DNA of 64,000 nucleotides from an uncultured Candidatus Rokubacteria bacterium (GCA_963826115.1 CAWGVS010000003.1:145211-209210), one strand, 5' to 3'; positions 20,113 through 30,905 are shown, numbered from the stretch's first letter. Notes: generated by a model not told the origin, from the sequence alone. A program made the numbers and translations.

Positions 20113-20550
20113 ATGATCCGGAAAATCCTGGTGGCGATCGACGGCTCGGAGCACGCCCTGCGCGCCACCAGGCTGGCCGCAGACCCCACGCTGAGGTACG
20201 ACGCCGACCTCCACCTCGTCCAGGTCGTCCCGCGGCTCGTGGTCTCCAAGGAGCTCGAGGAGTTCGCGGAGGTGGAGGAGATCGACGTCCCGACGTCCCT
20301 CGACGTGGCCACCCGCCACCTCCTTGGCCCCGCCGAATCGATCGCGGAAGCGGCGGGTGTGCGGAGGGTATTCAGAGACGTGCTGACTGGAGACCTCGCA
20401 GAACGCCTGCTCGAGCACACGAAGGACAAGGAAGTCGATCCCATCGCGCTGGGTCGGCGAGGCCTCGGGCGCGTCAGCGGACTCCTGATGGGCAGCGTTT
20501 CCTTCAAGGTGAACAGTCTTGCGGAGTGCCCCGTGCTGACCGTGAAGTGA
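20113..20550 (+). CDS. Universal stress protein
   Basis: KILVAIDGSEHA...LGRRGLGRVSGLLMGSVS...CPVLTVK. Confidence 0.9.
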   Translation: MIRKILVAIDGSEHALRATRLAADPTLRYDADLHLVQVVPRLVVSKELEEFAEVEEIDVPTSLDVATRHLLGPAESIAEAAGVRRVFRDVLTGDLAERLLEHTKDKEVDPIALGRRGLGRVSGLLMGSVSFKVNSLAECPVLTVK

Positions 20551-20653
20551 TCTCGCTGCCCGGGTACCCCGGCTGATCCACGGCATGGATCAGGGCACGG
20601 AGCGGAGAACCTTCCCGGAGACGCCGATCGCGGCATGACAGGAGGAATGACCG

Positions 20654-22270
20654 ATGCCTGCAAAGCAAGTGCTGTTCAGATCCGAAGCGCGAGAGAAGCT
20701 CCTGCGCGGCGCGACGGCCCTGGGAGACGCGATCCGAGTGACGCTCGGGCCGAAGTCGAAGTGCGTGCTCATCGAGAAGACGTACGGGTCCCCGGTCGTC
20801 TGCAACGATGGCGTCACCATCGCGAAGGAGATGCAGCTCAAGGATCATGCCGAGAACCTGGGCGTCCAGATGCTGCGTCAGGCGGCCGAACGGACCGGCG
20901 ACGCCGTCGGAGACGGGACCAGCACGTCCGCGCTACTCGCCCATGCGATCTTCGCGGACGGCGTGAAGAACGTGGTGGCCGGGGCCAGTGCCATCGATCT
21001 CAAGCGAGGGCTGGACAGGGGCGTGAAGGCGGCCGTCGAGGCCCTGCGCGCCCAGTCGCGGCCCGTGCGCAGTCGTCTCGAGAAGGCCCAGGTCGCCACC
21101 ATCTCCGCGCACAACGACCCGATCACCGGCGAGCTCGTAGCCGAGGCGATGGAGAAAGTCGGGGGCGAGGGCGTCATCTCCGTCGAGGAATCGAAGACCA
21201 TCGAGACGCAGCTCGAGGTGGTGGAGGGCCTGCAGTTCGACCGAGGCTATGTCTCGCCGTACTTCGTCACCGACGGCGAGAAGATGGAGGCAGCGCTGGA
21301 GAACACGCTGATCCTCCTGACGGACAAGCGGGTGGGAGTCATGAAGGACCTCTTGCCCTTGCTGGAGCAGGTCGCGCAATCGGGCGGGTCGATCCTCGTC
21401 GTCGCGGAGGACGTGGAGGGAGAGGCTCTGGCGACGCTCGTCGTGAACAAGCTGCGGGGCTCGCTACGATGCGCGGCCGTCAAGGCTCCCGGATTCGGCG
21501 ACCGGCGGAAGGACCTCCTGGAGGACATCGCAGTCGTCACCGGCGCCCAGGTGGTTGCCCAGGAAGTCGGCCTCCGCCTCGAAGACGTCACCCTCACTCA
21601 TCTCGGGCACGCGGCGCGGGTCGTCGTCGACCGCGAGCACACGACGATCATCGGAGGCCGCGGCGACAAGAAGGCGATCGAGGCCCGTGCCCAGCAGATC
21701 CGACAGCAGATCGAGAAGGCGACCAGCGACTACGACCGGGAGAAGCTGGAGGAGCGCCTGGCGAAGCTGGCCGGCGGCGTCGCGGTGATCCGAGTCGGAG
21801 CCCCGTCCGAGGCGGAGATGAAGAGTCGAAAGGAGGCGCTGGATGATGCCATCAGCGCCACGAAGGCGGCGGTAGCCGAAGGCATCGTCCCGGGCGGCGG
21901 CCTTGCTCTGCTGCGAGCGACCGACGCCATCGCGAGCGAAGAGACGAAGGTGGACGGCGACGAGCGGACGGGACTCCAGATCCTACGGCGGGCCCTGGAG
22001 ATCCCCACGCGGCAGATTGCGGAGAACTCGGGAGTGGACGGCGGCGTAGTGGTGAATCAAATGCGTGCTGGCAGCGGGAACATCGGCTTCGATGCCGCCC
22101 GCAAGGAATACGTCGACTTGGTTCAGGCGGGGATCATCGATCCCACGAAGGTGGTCCGGGTCGCGCTGGAGAATGCGGTCTCGGTGGCGAGTCTCCTTCT
22201 CCTGAGCGAGGCCACGATGACCGAGGTCCGCGAGCCCAAGGAAGAGCGCGTGGCGCCCCCCCTGGAATGA
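20654..22270 (+). CDS. groL: Chaperonin GroEL paralog (no adjacent groES)
   Basis: [54 protein letters not shown]. Confidence 0.97.
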   Translation: MPAKQVLFRSEAREKLLRGATALGDAIRVTLGPKSKCVLIEKTYGSPVVCNDGVTIAKEMQLKDHAENLGVQMLRQAAERTGDAVGDGTSTSALLAHAIFADGVKNVVAGASAIDLKRGLDRGVKAAVEALRAQSRPVRSRLEKAQVATISAHNDPITGELVAEAMEKVGGEGVISVEESKTIETQLEVVEGLQFDRGYVSPYFVTDGEKMEAALENTLILLTDKRVGVMKDLLPLLEQVAQSGGSILVVAEDVEGEALATLVVNKLRGSLRCAAVKAPGFGDRRKDLLEDIAVVTGAQVVAQEVGLRLEDVTLTHLGHAARVVVDREHTTIIGGRGDKKAIEARAQQIRQQIEKATSDYDREKLEERLAKLAGGVAVIRVGAPSEAEMKSRKEALDDAISATKAAVAEGIVPGGGLALLRATDAIASEETKVDGDERTGLQILRRALEIPTRQIAENSGVDGGVVVNQMRAGSGNIGFDAARKEYVDLVQAGIIDPTKVVRVALENAVSVASLLLLSEATMTEVREPKEERVAPPLE

Positions 22271-22461
22271 GCCACTGGATTACCCGTGCCTGCGGGTCGG
22301 AAATGGAGGCGGGAAAGACGGCGTAGCGATCCGGAAGCTACAGGGGGTTGGCCGGCAATGCGTCCAAGCCCGGTAGCCCGGTCCCGGCAGAATGCCCAGG
22401 ACCAGCGCGCCTTGCGCGGCCATCACCGTCTCGCCCGCACGATGACCACCGTCTGACGTCG

Positions 22462-25128
22462 ATGCCCCCGCTCTCGACGCTGATCGAGCTCGCCGACCGG
22501 CTGGGGGGGTTCACGGACCGGCCGGCCATGGTCGTCTTCGGCGCCCGAGAGCGCCGCGAGTGGAGCTACGGGCACCTGGCCGGAGCCGTGCGTGAGATGG
22601 CGGCGGGGCTCGCCGGCACAGGACTCGAGGCGGGAGCCCGGGCGGCCCTGTTCGCACCGGACGGGCCGGAGTGGATCGTCGCGGCGCTCGCGATCATCCG
22701 GGCGGGCGCCGTGGTGGTTCCCCTGGACGCCCAGCTCACCGACGATCCCCTGGCCCATGCCCTGCTCGACAGTGCGGCGCGTCTCGTGTTCACCACGTCG
22801 GACCGGTCGCAGCGCGTAGCCCGTCTGGCGCCGTCGGCACGCGTCCTCTTGTTGGACGTGCCGGAGGGTCCCGGCAGCTGGCGAGAATTGCGCGGCTCCG
22901 GGGAATCCCTGACCGAGCGCCGGGACACTGATCCCGCCGCCCTCTTCTACACGTCCGGCACGACGGGGCCGCCGAAGGGCGTTCCACTCACCCACGGCAA
23001 CCTCGCCTTTCAGCTCAACACGCTGGCAACCCTCCGGCTCGTGACCACGGGTGACCGAGTCTGCATGCCTCTCCCTATGCACCACGTCTATCCCTTCGTG
23101 GTGGGCGTGCTCACCCCCCTGGCCCTCGGACTTCCGCTCGTCGTGCCATACGCCCTCACGGGTCCCCAGATCATCCGAGCCCTGAGAGAAGGCGAAGCCA
23201 CAGTGCTGGTGGGAGTACCCCGCCTGTACGACGCTCTGCTGTCCGCCATCGAGCTGGAGCTGGCCGGTCGCGGGCGCGTGGTGGCGGTGTCGGTCCGTTT
23301 GGCGCTCGGCCTGTCCATCTGGATGCGTCGGCGACTCGGCCTCGGCGGGGGGGCACGGATGTTCCGCGCCCTTCGGGCCCGGCTCGGCCCGCAGCTCCGC
23401 CTGCTGACGTCGGGCGGCGCCGCGCTGGAGCCGACCGTCGCCCGGAAGCTCGAGGGCCTCGGCTGGAAGGTGGCGAGCGGGTACGGGCTCACCGAGACCT
23501 CGCCACTGCTCACGATGAACTTGCCGGGGAGCGGTCGCCCGGAGAGCGCGGGGCACCCGATTCCCGGGGTCGAGCTGCGGGTCGCATCGCCAACGGGCCA
23601 AGAACGTGCGGAAGGCGAGATTCAGACACGCGGTCCCGGCGTGTTCGCCGGCTACCTGAACCTGCCCGAGAAGACACGAGACGCGTTCACCGCTGACGGC
23701 TGGTTCCGAACCGGCGACCTCGGCCGCCTCGACGCGGATGGCTTCCTCCACGTCACGGGTCGCGTGGACGAGATGCTGGTGATGCCCGGGGGCGAGAACG
23801 TCAATCCCGAGAACGTCGAGGCCGCCTTCCTCCGGCACGCCTTGCTTCGCGATTTTGCGGTGCTGCAGCAGAACGGCCGCCTCGTGGGCCTCGCCCTGCC
23901 CGACGTCGCGGCCATCGAGCGCGCGGGCCGCACCGACGTGCTCCAGACGGTACGCGACGCCGTCGGCGAGATCAATCGGGCGCTGCCCTCGTACCAGCGT
24001 GTGAGCCACGTGGCCGTGACGCGGGACCCGCTGCCCCGGACTCGGCTGGGGAAGCTCCAGCGCCGAGGGCTCTCCCATCTCTATGCCGATGCCGATACCA
24101 GCAGCGGCCAGCCCGGGGGCGGCCCGATCGCAGTCGCCGAGATGGCGGAGGCGGATCGGCTGCTCCTCCAGCACGGTCCGGCAAAGGTAGTCTGGGAGTG
24201 GCTCTCCCAGCGCTATCCAGGACGCCGGCTCACCATGGACGTGAGTCTCGACCTCGACTTGGGCGTGGACTCCTTGGAATGGCTCGGCCTGACGCTCGAA
24301 GTCCAGAGGCGGGCCGGGGTGGAGCTCGACGAAGCGGCGATCTCCCGCGTCGCGACGATCCGTGATCTGCTCCGAGCGGTGGCCGACGCCCCCCGGGCTG
24401 GAGTCAGCGTGTCCGGCCTGCCGTGGGACGAGCCCGAACGGCTCCTGTCACCGGCACAGTCTCGGTGGCTCGCGCCGCTGGGGCCCGTCCTGACGTTCCT
24501 GTCGCGGAGCTTGATGGTCGCGAACGGCGGGCTCATGCGCTTCGTGTTCAGACTCCGGACGGTGGGGCGTGAACACCTCCCGACTGAACCTTGCGTCTTC
24601 GCCCCGAACCACACGAGCTTCCTCGACCCGTTGGTCCTATCGGCCGCCTTGGGACGGCAGTGGCTCGCGCGGAGTTACTGGGGCGGCTGGACGGGGGTGG
24701 CGTTCGCAAACCCCATCATGCGAGGTGTGAGCCGCCTTTGGCGCGTCCTTCCCGTCGACCAAGAACGAGGCGCCGGATCCAGCCTGGCGCTCGCGGCCGC
24801 GGTCTTGAAGCGAGGCCAGTGCCTGATCTGGTTCCCGGAGGGGGAGCGCTCCACAATGGGGACACTGCTACCCTTCCGCCCGGGTATCGGGCTTCTGCTC
24901 GCGCGGTTTCCGCGCCCGATCGTACCCGTCTTCATCCGGGGAACGTTCGAGGCCTGGCCGCGGGGCCGCTGGTGGATCAGGCCCGGCCCCGTGACGGTGA
25001 CGTTCGGGGCCCCGCTCGACCCTCGGCAACTGGTCGGCCCCGGAAGCCCACCGGACGAGGCGGCCCGCCGGATTGCCGAGGCGCTCCACGTGGCGGTGGC
25101 CGATCTGGGGCGCCGAGGGGGGACATGA
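22462..25128 (+). CDS. Acyl-CoA/ACP ligase + acyl carrier + PlsC-type acyltransferase fusion
   Basis: YTSGTTGPPKG, GYGLTE, WFRTGDLG; carrier LGVDSL; NHTSFLD and FPEGER. Confidence 0.9.
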   Translation: MPPLSTLIELADRLGGFTDRPAMVVFGARERREWSYGHLAGAVREMAAGLAGTGLEAGARAALFAPDGPEWIVAALAIIRAGAVVVPLDAQLTDDPLAHALLDSAARLVFTTSDRSQRVARLAPSARVLLLDVPEGPGSWRELRGSGESLTERRDTDPAALFYTSGTTGPPKGVPLTHGNLAFQLNTLATLRLVTTGDRVCMPLPMHHVYPFVVGVLTPLALGLPLVVPYALTGPQIIRALREGEATVLVGVPRLYDALLSAIELELAGRGRVVAVSVRLALGLSIWMRRRLGLGGGARMFRALRARLGPQLRLLTSGGAALEPTVARKLEGLGWKVASGYGLTETSPLLTMNLPGSGRPESAGHPIPGVELRVASPTGQERAEGEIQTRGPGVFAGYLNLPEKTRDAFTADGWFRTGDLGRLDADGFLHVTGRVDEMLVMPGGENVNPENVEAAFLRHALLRDFAVLQQNGRLVGLALPDVAAIERAGRTDVLQTVRDAVGEINRALPSYQRVSHVAVTRDPLPRTRLGKLQRRGLSHLYADADTSSGQPGGGPIAVAEMAEADRLLLQHGPAKVVWEWLSQRYPGRRLTMDVSLDLDLGVDSLEWLGLTLEVQRRAGVELDEAAISRVATIRDLLRAVADAPRAGVSVSGLPWDEPERLLSPAQSRWLAPLGPVLTFLSRSLMVANGGLMRFVFRLRTVGREHLPTEPCVFAPNHTSFLDPLVLSAALGRQWLARSYWGGWTGVAFANPIMRGVSRLWRVLPVDQERGAGSSLALAAAVLKRGQCLIWFPEGERSTMGTLLPFRPGIGLLLARFPRPIVPVFIRGTFEAWPRGRWWIRPGPVTVTFGAPLDPRQLVGPGSPPDEAARRIAEALHVAVADLGRRGGT

Positions 25129-25181
25129 CACGGGAGGGGCGAACTGGTCCGCGATGCCGCGCGGGCCAGACGTCGCGCCGG

Positions 25182-25619
25182 TCAGCCTAGGTAGAGCTCG
25201 GGGGGCAGGCGCTCGCTGTCCGTACCGAGCGCTTCGAGGATGTCATGTTCGGTCACCAGGCCGACCAGCGTCCCGTGGTCCGTCACGGGGAGGCTTCCGA
25301 TGCGCCGCTCGAACATCAGGGCGGCAGCCCGGACGACGTCAGCGTCCGGCTCGATCGTCACGACCTTCCACGTCATGATGTCCCGAACCCGCGGCGCCTT
25401 CAGCCACCGCTCCTCCCACGCGAAGTGTCGCGCGAGCGCCGGCAGCAACGCCGAGTGCCGAAGGTCGCGGTCGGTCAGGATCCCGATCAGCCGGGTCCCC
25501 TCGTCGGTCACGAGGAGATGCCTCACCTGACGGCTGCGCATGACCTCCACTGCGCTCCGGGCCGGAGCGTCGGGACGGACCGTCACGAGCGCCTGCCGCA
25601 TGATCTCCCGCACTTTCAT
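25182..25619 (-). CDS. CBS-domain pair protein
   Basis: VRHLLV...GILTDRD; IGSLPV...GLVTEHD. Confidence 0.88.
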   Translation of the reverse strand: MKVREIMRQALVTVRPDAPARSAVEVMRSRQVRHLLVTDEGTRLIGILTDRDLRHSALLPALARHFAWEERWLKAPRVRDIMTWKVVTIEPDADVVRAAALMFERRIGSLPVTDHGTLVGLVTEHDILEALGTDSERLPPELYLG

Positions 25620-25623
25620 GGCG

Positions 25624-25938
25624 TCACCGCCTGGCCCGACGGGCCACGATCCCCTGCTGCATGAGCCGCTTGGCCTTCTCGAGCTCGGCTCGCCGGGAGG
25701 GCGAAGGCTGCCGGCCGGCTCGATTGATGAAGAAGGACAGCATCCGCAAGCCCGAAACCGGCCCCTTGGGGCTGACCCGCGGGGAGGCGAGTATGCGTGC
25801 GATGAGGGCGACATCCCGGGTGAACAGCCCCGGCGGGGTCGTCGTGGAGCCGGTGGTCACGTCCTTCACCCAGCGCCGAGGAGCTCGCCGTCGAGTTTGG
25901 CCGCGAGGCCTGCCCGGCCGAGATCGCTTCCGGACCAT
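25624..25938 (-). CDS. Small basic protein, DUF3175-like
   Basis: RRWV..VTT.S....PGLFT...IA..L......MLSFFINRAGR.....R.ELEKAK pattern. Confidence 0.7.
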   Translation of the reverse strand: MVRKRSRPGRPRGQTRRRAPRRWVKDVTTGSTTTPPGLFTRDVALIARILASPRVSPKGPVSGLRMLSFFINRAGRQPSPSRRAELEKAKRLMQQGIVARRARR

Positions 25939-25963
25939 GTTCCATCGCCCCGCTCCGGTGTCC

Positions 25964-25979
25964 TGCGATCCTCGTGCCG
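25964..25979 (-). promoter_or_regulatory. Sigma-54 promoter motif
   Basis: CGGCAC-GAGGA-TCGCA (GG-N10-GC). Confidence 0.5.
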
Positions 25980-26044
25980 GGGCCAGGCAGCGCGCCTGGG
26001 CGCCGAGGCCCGATGCTCCGGGAGCTCCAGCGCCCTTTCTTCGC

Positions 26045-26081
26045 TGGGGCGAAGCACGCCCGCTGGGGCAGAGCCGCCCCA
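26045..26081. promoter_or_regulatory. Putative tandem enhancer between divergent sigma-54 promoters
   Basis: TGGGGC-N6-CGCCCG and perfect TGGGGC-AGAGCC-GCCCCA, 19 bp apart. Confidence 0.55.
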
Positions 26082-26141
26082 ACTGAGGCGCCGGGGCGTC
26101 GTTGGAGGCTAGCAAGCCCTGCTTCGCGGGGGTTAGCACAG

Positions 26142-26157
26142 TGGCACCATGGATGCA
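26142..26157 (+). promoter_or_regulatory. Sigma-54 promoter motif
   Basis: TGGCAC-CATGG-ATGCA. Confidence 0.65.
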
Positions 26158-26237
26158 CACGGGAGCGAGACAGGAGTGAACAGGCGTTGCACTTCGGGGT
26201 GGCGACCGCGTCACCCGTCCAACAAGGAGAGAGCCCG

Positions 26238-26684
26238 ATGAGCACGTTCCGCCGCATCTTGTACGCCTCGGACTTTTCCCCGGCATCGCGCCCTGCGTTT
26301 CGCCGTGCCCTCGACCTCGCGCGGGCGAACCGGGCGCGCCTTACCCTCGTTCACGTCTCTTCAGCCGTGATCCCGTTGATGGGAGAGGGCTACACTCCCG
26401 CGCAGGTCTACGACAAGTGGATTGCCGACGTCCGGGCCGACGCCCAGCGCCGACTCGGGCGGCTCGTGGCCCAGGCCAAGGAGCGCGGGGTTCGGGCCAA
26501 GGGGCTCGTTCTCGAGGGAATTCCCCACGAGCGCATCTTGCGGGCGGCCCGATCGACACGGGCGGATCTCATCGTGCTCGGGACCCACGGCCGCACCGGT
26601 CTCGGTCGGGTGCTCCTGGGAAGCGTCGCGGCGCGTGTCGTCACGCTCGCTCCCTGCCCGGTTCTCACCGTCCGGGCGAGATAG
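26238..26684 (+). CDS. Universal stress protein
   Basis: RILYASDFS...DLIVLGTHGRTGLGRVLLGSVA...APCPVLTV; AAGGAG RBS. Confidence 0.93.
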   Translation: MSTFRRILYASDFSPASRPAFRRALDLARANRARLTLVHVSSAVIPLMGEGYTPAQVYDKWIADVRADAQRRLGRLVAQAKERGVRAKGLVLEGIPHERILRAARSTRADLIVLGTHGRTGLGRVLLGSVAARVVTLAPCPVLTVRAR

Positions 26685-26757
26685 CTCACCAAAGCCGCGG
26701 ATCGAGTCAAGCGACGTCGACCGATCGGCGAAGCTCGTAGGCGCCGGGGAGAACGCC

Positions 26758-27226
26758 ATGCAGGTCAAGGACATCATGACCCGGAATCCGATCACGATCG
26801 ATCCCGAGGCACCGCTCGCCACGGCGATGGCGGTAATGAAGAAGAACGGGATCCGTCACTTGCTGGTGACCGACGACGACCGGCCGTCTGGTCGGGATCA
26901 TCACCGACCGGGATCTCCGCAGCGCGGCCTTTGCCCCCGCGCTGATCGAGCATCTCTCCGGCCGTGCCGAGCGCCGCGCGCATGGACTGGGTCAGGTCCT
27001 GGAGGAGCTCCGGGTGCGCGATGCGATGACCTGGGACATCGTGACCACGCATCCCGAGATCGGCCTCGGGCACGCAGCACGCGTACTGTTCTTCGGGCGC
27101 TTCGGGAGTCTTCCGGTCGTGGATGGTACGAAGCTGGTCGGGATCCTCACCGAGCGAGACCTGCTGAAGGCCGTGTCGATCCTGATGCCGGATCCACCCG
27201 TCGATGTCGAGGGCTTCCTCTGGTAG
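26758..27226 (+). pseudogene. CBS-domain pair protein with a frameshift near 26881
   Basis: MQVKDIMTRNP...IRHLLVTDDD continues as GRLVGIITDRDLR...VEGFLW in another frame; real lesion or sequence error. Confidence 0.85.
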
Positions 27227-27395
27227 GCTCCGCGACGAATCGGTGCCCCCGCCGCCGGGGTCCCGCCTCCCCGAGCCTGGCCGCCCTCGGTGACGGCCCG
27301 CGCGGCCGGACTCCCGATGGCGCGACCGGGCACCGGGACGTCGGGCAGGCAATCCGTAACCACGGGTCCCATCGGTCACCCTCGGGGGGCTCGTG

Positions 27396-28421
27396 ATGCC
27401 ACGCAGACCCATGGCGCTCGTCACCGGGGCGAGCGGCGAGATGGCGCACGGGCTGATCAACCGCTTTGCCGAAGGCGGCATGGTCGATGTGCTCGCCCTC
27501 GACGTGCGGCCGCTCGATCCCGAGCTGGCGCGTCGCTGCGCCGTCAGCCTCACGGGTGACATTCGCGATCGTCACCTCCTCGAGCGCCTCCGCAGCGAGT
27601 TCGAGATCCATGCGATCTACCATCTCGCCGCCATCCTATCCACCCGAGCGGAGTTCGTGCCGGAGACCGCCCACGAGATCAACGTAGGGGGGACGCTGAA
27701 TCTGCTGAAGCTGGCCGTCGAGGAGGCGCGCTGGCACGGTCACCGCGTCCGGTTCCTCTTCCCGAGCTCCATCGCCGTCTACGGCTTGCCGGACGTCGAG
27801 ACGAAGGAGAAGACCGGGCCGGTCACGGAGAACACCTGGACCCTGCCGATCACCATGTACGGGTGCAACAAGCTCTACGCCGAGCATCTCGGGCGCTACT
27901 ATGGCCGGCACTACGGGCAGCTCGCGGCCGAGGAGGAACCGCGCGCCGTCGATTTCCGGGCGATTCGGTTCCCCGGGCTCATCTCGGCCTTCACGATGCC
28001 CAGCGGGGGGACGAGCGACTACGCGCCGGAGATGATCCACGCCGCCGCCCAGGGTCACCCGTATGCGTGCTTCGTTCGCGAGGACACGCGGATCCCGTTC
28101 ATGGCGATGCCCGACGCCGTGGACGCGCTTCTGGCGCTCGCCGACGCGCCGGCCGAGCGCCTGGCCAGTCCGGTCTACAACGTGACCGCCTTCAACCCGA
28201 GCGCCGGCGAGCTGGCCGAGCTGGTGCGCGCCGCCTTCCCGGGAGCGGCGATCACCTTCGCGCCTGACCGGCGCCGGCAGCGAATCGTCGACTCCTGGCC
28301 GGCGGACCTGAACGACAGCCAGGCGCGACAGGACTGGGGATTCCGTCCCAGGTACGATCTCGACCGGGCGCTGCGCGAGTACCTGGTGCCGAGCATCCGG
28401 CGGCGCTACCACGGAGCGTGA
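27396..28421 (+). CDS. SDR-type L-threonine 3-dehydrogenase (NAD-dependent epimerase family)
   Basis: [33 protein letters not shown]; directly upstream of kbl. Confidence 0.85.
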   Translation: MPRRPMALVTGASGEMAHGLINRFAEGGMVDVLALDVRPLDPELARRCAVSLTGDIRDRHLLERLRSEFEIHAIYHLAAILSTRAEFVPETAHEINVGGTLNLLKLAVEEARWHGHRVRFLFPSSIAVYGLPDVETKEKTGPVTENTWTLPITMYGCNKLYAEHLGRYYGRHYGQLAAEEEPRAVDFRAIRFPGLISAFTMPSGGTSDYAPEMIHAAAQGHPYACFVREDTRIPFMAMPDAVDALLALADAPAERLASPVYNVTAFNPSAGELAELVRAAFPGAAITFAPDRRRQRIVDSWPADLNDSQARQDWGFRPRYDLDRALREYLVPSIRRRYHGA

Positions 28422-28422
28422 C

Positions 28423-29607
28423 ATGGACGAGACAGCGCGGCGGCGATTCCAGGTCGAGCTGGACGAGATCGAGGCCGCGGGCCTCACCAAGCGCGAGCGG
28501 GTCATCGACAGCGCTCAGGGAGCGGTCATCTCGGTTGGTGGTCGGTCCGTCCTCAACTTCTGCGCCAACAACTACCTCGGCCTGGCCGACGATCCCCACC
28601 TCGTCCAGGCCGCTCGGGAGGGATTGGAACGCTGGGGCTTCGGCCTGTCGAGCGTCCGGTTCATCTGCGGCACGCAGGCGATCCACAAGGAGCTCGAGGC
28701 CGCGCTCACGCGGTACCTCGGCACGGAAGACACGATCCTTTACACGTCCTGCTTCGATGCCAACGGGGGGCTGTTCGAGACGCTCCTCGACGAGCGGGAC
28801 GCCGTGATCTCCGATGCCTTGAACCACGCCTCCATCATCGACGGTGTTCGTCTCTGCAAGGCGCAGAGACACCGGTACGCCCACGGTGACATGGACGAGC
28901 TCGAGCGGAGGCTCGTGGAGACAGCCGGGGCGCGGACGCGGCTCATCGCGACCGATGGCGTCTTCTCCATGGACGGGGATGTCGCGCCGCTGCGCGAGAT
29001 CTGCGCGCTCGCCGGTCGCCATCACGCGCTCGTCATGGTCGACGACAGTCACGCCACCGGCTTCTTCGGGCCGACCGGCCGGGGGACGCCCGAGCACTGC
29101 GGAGTGTCAGGGCAAGTCGACATTGTGACCTCGACCCTCGGCAAGGCTCTTGGCGGTGCCAGCGGGGGCTTCACGACCGGCCGGCGAGAGATCATCGCGC
29201 TCCTGCGTCAGCGATCGCGGCCCTACCTGTTCTCCAACACCCTCGCCCCGGCGATCGTGTGCGCCTCGCTCGCCTGCCTCGACCTCCTGTCCCAGACGAC
29301 AGAGCGCCGCGACCGGCTCGCCGCCAACACTCGCTGGTTCAGGGAGGCGATGACGAGCGCGGGCTTCCGGATCCGCGCCGGAGAGCATCCGATCGTCCCG
29401 ATCATGCTGGGCGACGCCCGCCTTGCCGATGCGGTGGCTTCCGACCTCCTCGGCGAGGGAATCTATGCCGTGGGCTTCTGGTACCCGGTGGTTCCCAAAG
29501 ACCAGGCCCGGATCCGAGTCCAGATCAGCGCGGCCCACTCACGCGATCACCTCGAGCGCGCCGTCGCGGCGTTCGTCAAGGTGGGCCGTGTCCACGGCGT
29601 CGTCTGA
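28423..29607 (+). CDS. kbl: 2-amino-3-ketobutyrate CoA ligase (glycine C-acetyltransferase)
   Basis: [54 protein letters not shown]. Confidence 0.96.
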   Translation: MDETARRRFQVELDEIEAAGLTKRERVIDSAQGAVISVGGRSVLNFCANNYLGLADDPHLVQAAREGLERWGFGLSSVRFICGTQAIHKELEAALTRYLGTEDTILYTSCFDANGGLFETLLDERDAVISDALNHASIIDGVRLCKAQRHRYAHGDMDELERRLVETAGARTRLIATDGVFSMDGDVAPLREICALAGRHHALVMVDDSHATGFFGPTGRGTPEHCGVSGQVDIVTSTLGKALGGASGGFTTGRREIIALLRQRSRPYLFSNTLAPAIVCASLACLDLLSQTTERRDRLAANTRWFREAMTSAGFRIRAGEHPIVPIMLGDARLADAVASDLLGEGIYAVGFWYPVVPKDQARIRVQISAAHSRDHLERAVAAFVKVGRVHGVV

Positions 29608-29711
29608 GGGCTGTGGGTCGTCTCCAGTGAGGCGGTGGCAGGCCACACCGGCGACACGTGAGCGCGCACGACGCCGGGCCGCGCACGGTCGCCTCGCACC
29701 CCGCTCCAAGC

Positions 29712-29727
29712 AGGCACTCGGGATGCG
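29712..29727 (+). promoter_or_regulatory. Sigma-54 promoter motif (weaker)
   Basis: AGGCAC-TCGGG-ATGCG upstream of the 30-aa ORF. Confidence 0.45.
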
Positions 29728-29785
29728 CATGCAGTCGGCACAATCGGAACGCTCCACTCGCCCAAGGCGGATCGAGGAGGTATCG

Positions 29786-29878
29786 ATGGTCGAAGCCATT
29801 CAGGATCAATGGGCGATCGTCATCGCCGTGGTCGTGGTCGTCGTCGCCGTGGTCGTCTGGGTCTATGCGCGGCGGTGA
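29786..29878 (+). CDS. 30-aa single-pass membrane peptide
   Basis: GAGGAGGT RBS; MVEAIQDQWAIVIAVVVVVVAVVVWVYARR. Confidence 0.7.
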   Translation: MVEAIQDQWAIVIAVVVVVVAVVVWVYARR

Positions 29879-30046
29879 ACCGAGACGCGGCGCCCGACTC
29901 AGGCCGGGCCGCGGACCGGCGGCGTGAAGCCCCCAGTGTGCTGAACGACTTGGAAAGGGCGTCCCCGTTGGCCTGGCTCGCCGAGCCCGGACTCGCTCGC
30001 GTGGAAGGCCGCGCCACGTGGACCTGGTGACGCCGGCGGCCCGGGC

Positions 30047-30715
30047 GTGACCGGGCGACCGGATCCGGTGACCGCGCCATCGGGAGCGGCCCCCGGGCGA
30101 ACGCCCCCGGGCAAGTCCGCCCCGGGGATCGATCGGACGCGGGAGCAGACTCCCGCCTCCGGCGCCGTGAGCCTATGGCTGGACACCTACGAGGACATCT
30201 TCTCGGACTTCGATCCGCGCCCCTATGGTCAGCGCGCCTTGTCCGAGGACTTCATCGCCGAGGCCAAGCGCGCGGTCCGAGATCGCCGCGATGACGTGCC
30301 CGAACTGCGCTTCCTGGTGCCGACGCAGGTGCGCGACCACAACGACGAAGCCACCATTCGGAAGCGTCTCCGCGAGCACTTCCGGAGACACGCCGATCGG
30401 CTCAGACGCGAGCGCCGGCGATCCATCTGGGGGAGCCTCGGCATCGCCGCGGCAGGGTTCGGGGTCATGACGGCGTCGGCGCTGCTCCGACGACAGCCGG
30501 ACACCGTCACCCTGACTGTCCTCCATGTGCTCCTGGAGCCTGCCGGGTGGTTCGCGGTGTGGTTCGGCCTGGATCAGCTCTTCTACGGAACCCGGGAGCT
30601 CGCCCGCGAGCACGCCTTCTACCGGAAGATGGCCCGCGCCGACGTCGTCTTCTCCGCCTACGCGGACGAGGGACACGGCGAGGTCTCGGCGACCGAGACG
30701 AATCGGACCGAGTAG
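30047..30715 (+). CDS. Hypothetical membrane protein (two TM segments)
   Basis: LWLDTYEDIFSDFDPRPY N-domain, then two hydrophobic helices; start uncertain. Confidence 0.75.
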   Translation: MTGRPDPVTAPSGAAPGRTPPGKSAPGIDRTREQTPASGAVSLWLDTYEDIFSDFDPRPYGQRALSEDFIAEAKRAVRDRRDDVPELRFLVPTQVRDHNDEATIRKRLREHFRRHADRLRRERRRSIWGSLGIAAAGFGVMTASALLRRQPDTVTLTVLHVLLEPAGWFAVWFGLDQLFYGTRELAREHAFYRKMARADVVFSAYADEGHGEVSATETNRTE

Positions 30716-30739
30716 GTCGCCCCAGGGACGTACTCGATC

Positions 30740-30776
30740 TGGGGCGCCGGTGCCCCGCTGGGGCGACCACAACCCG
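30740..30776. promoter_or_regulatory. Putative tandem enhancer
   Basis: TGGGGC-N6-GCCCCG and TGGGGC-N6-AACCCG, 19 bp apart. Confidence 0.55.
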
Positions 30777-30861
30777 GTGCCCGTTTCCGCGGCGACGCGC
30801 ATCGGCCGGTCTGTGAACGCAGCTCAGCAGCCTGATTCACCTCTCGGGCCCGCCTTGTCCG

Positions 30862-30877
30862 TGGCATCGGCGTTGCA
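30862..30877 (+). promoter_or_regulatory. Sigma-54 promoter motif (usp-ppsA)
   Basis: TGGCAT-CGGCG-TTGCA. Confidence 0.8.
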
Positions 30878-30905
30878 CCGTGACCCCAAGGAGGGGTCAA
30901 CCGCG

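Noticed and set aside
26064-26081. Palindrome read as a true DosR box
   Set aside because: The mycobacterial box has a shorter spacer between GGGAC and GTCCC, and no NarL/LuxR-type regulator is encoded in the window.
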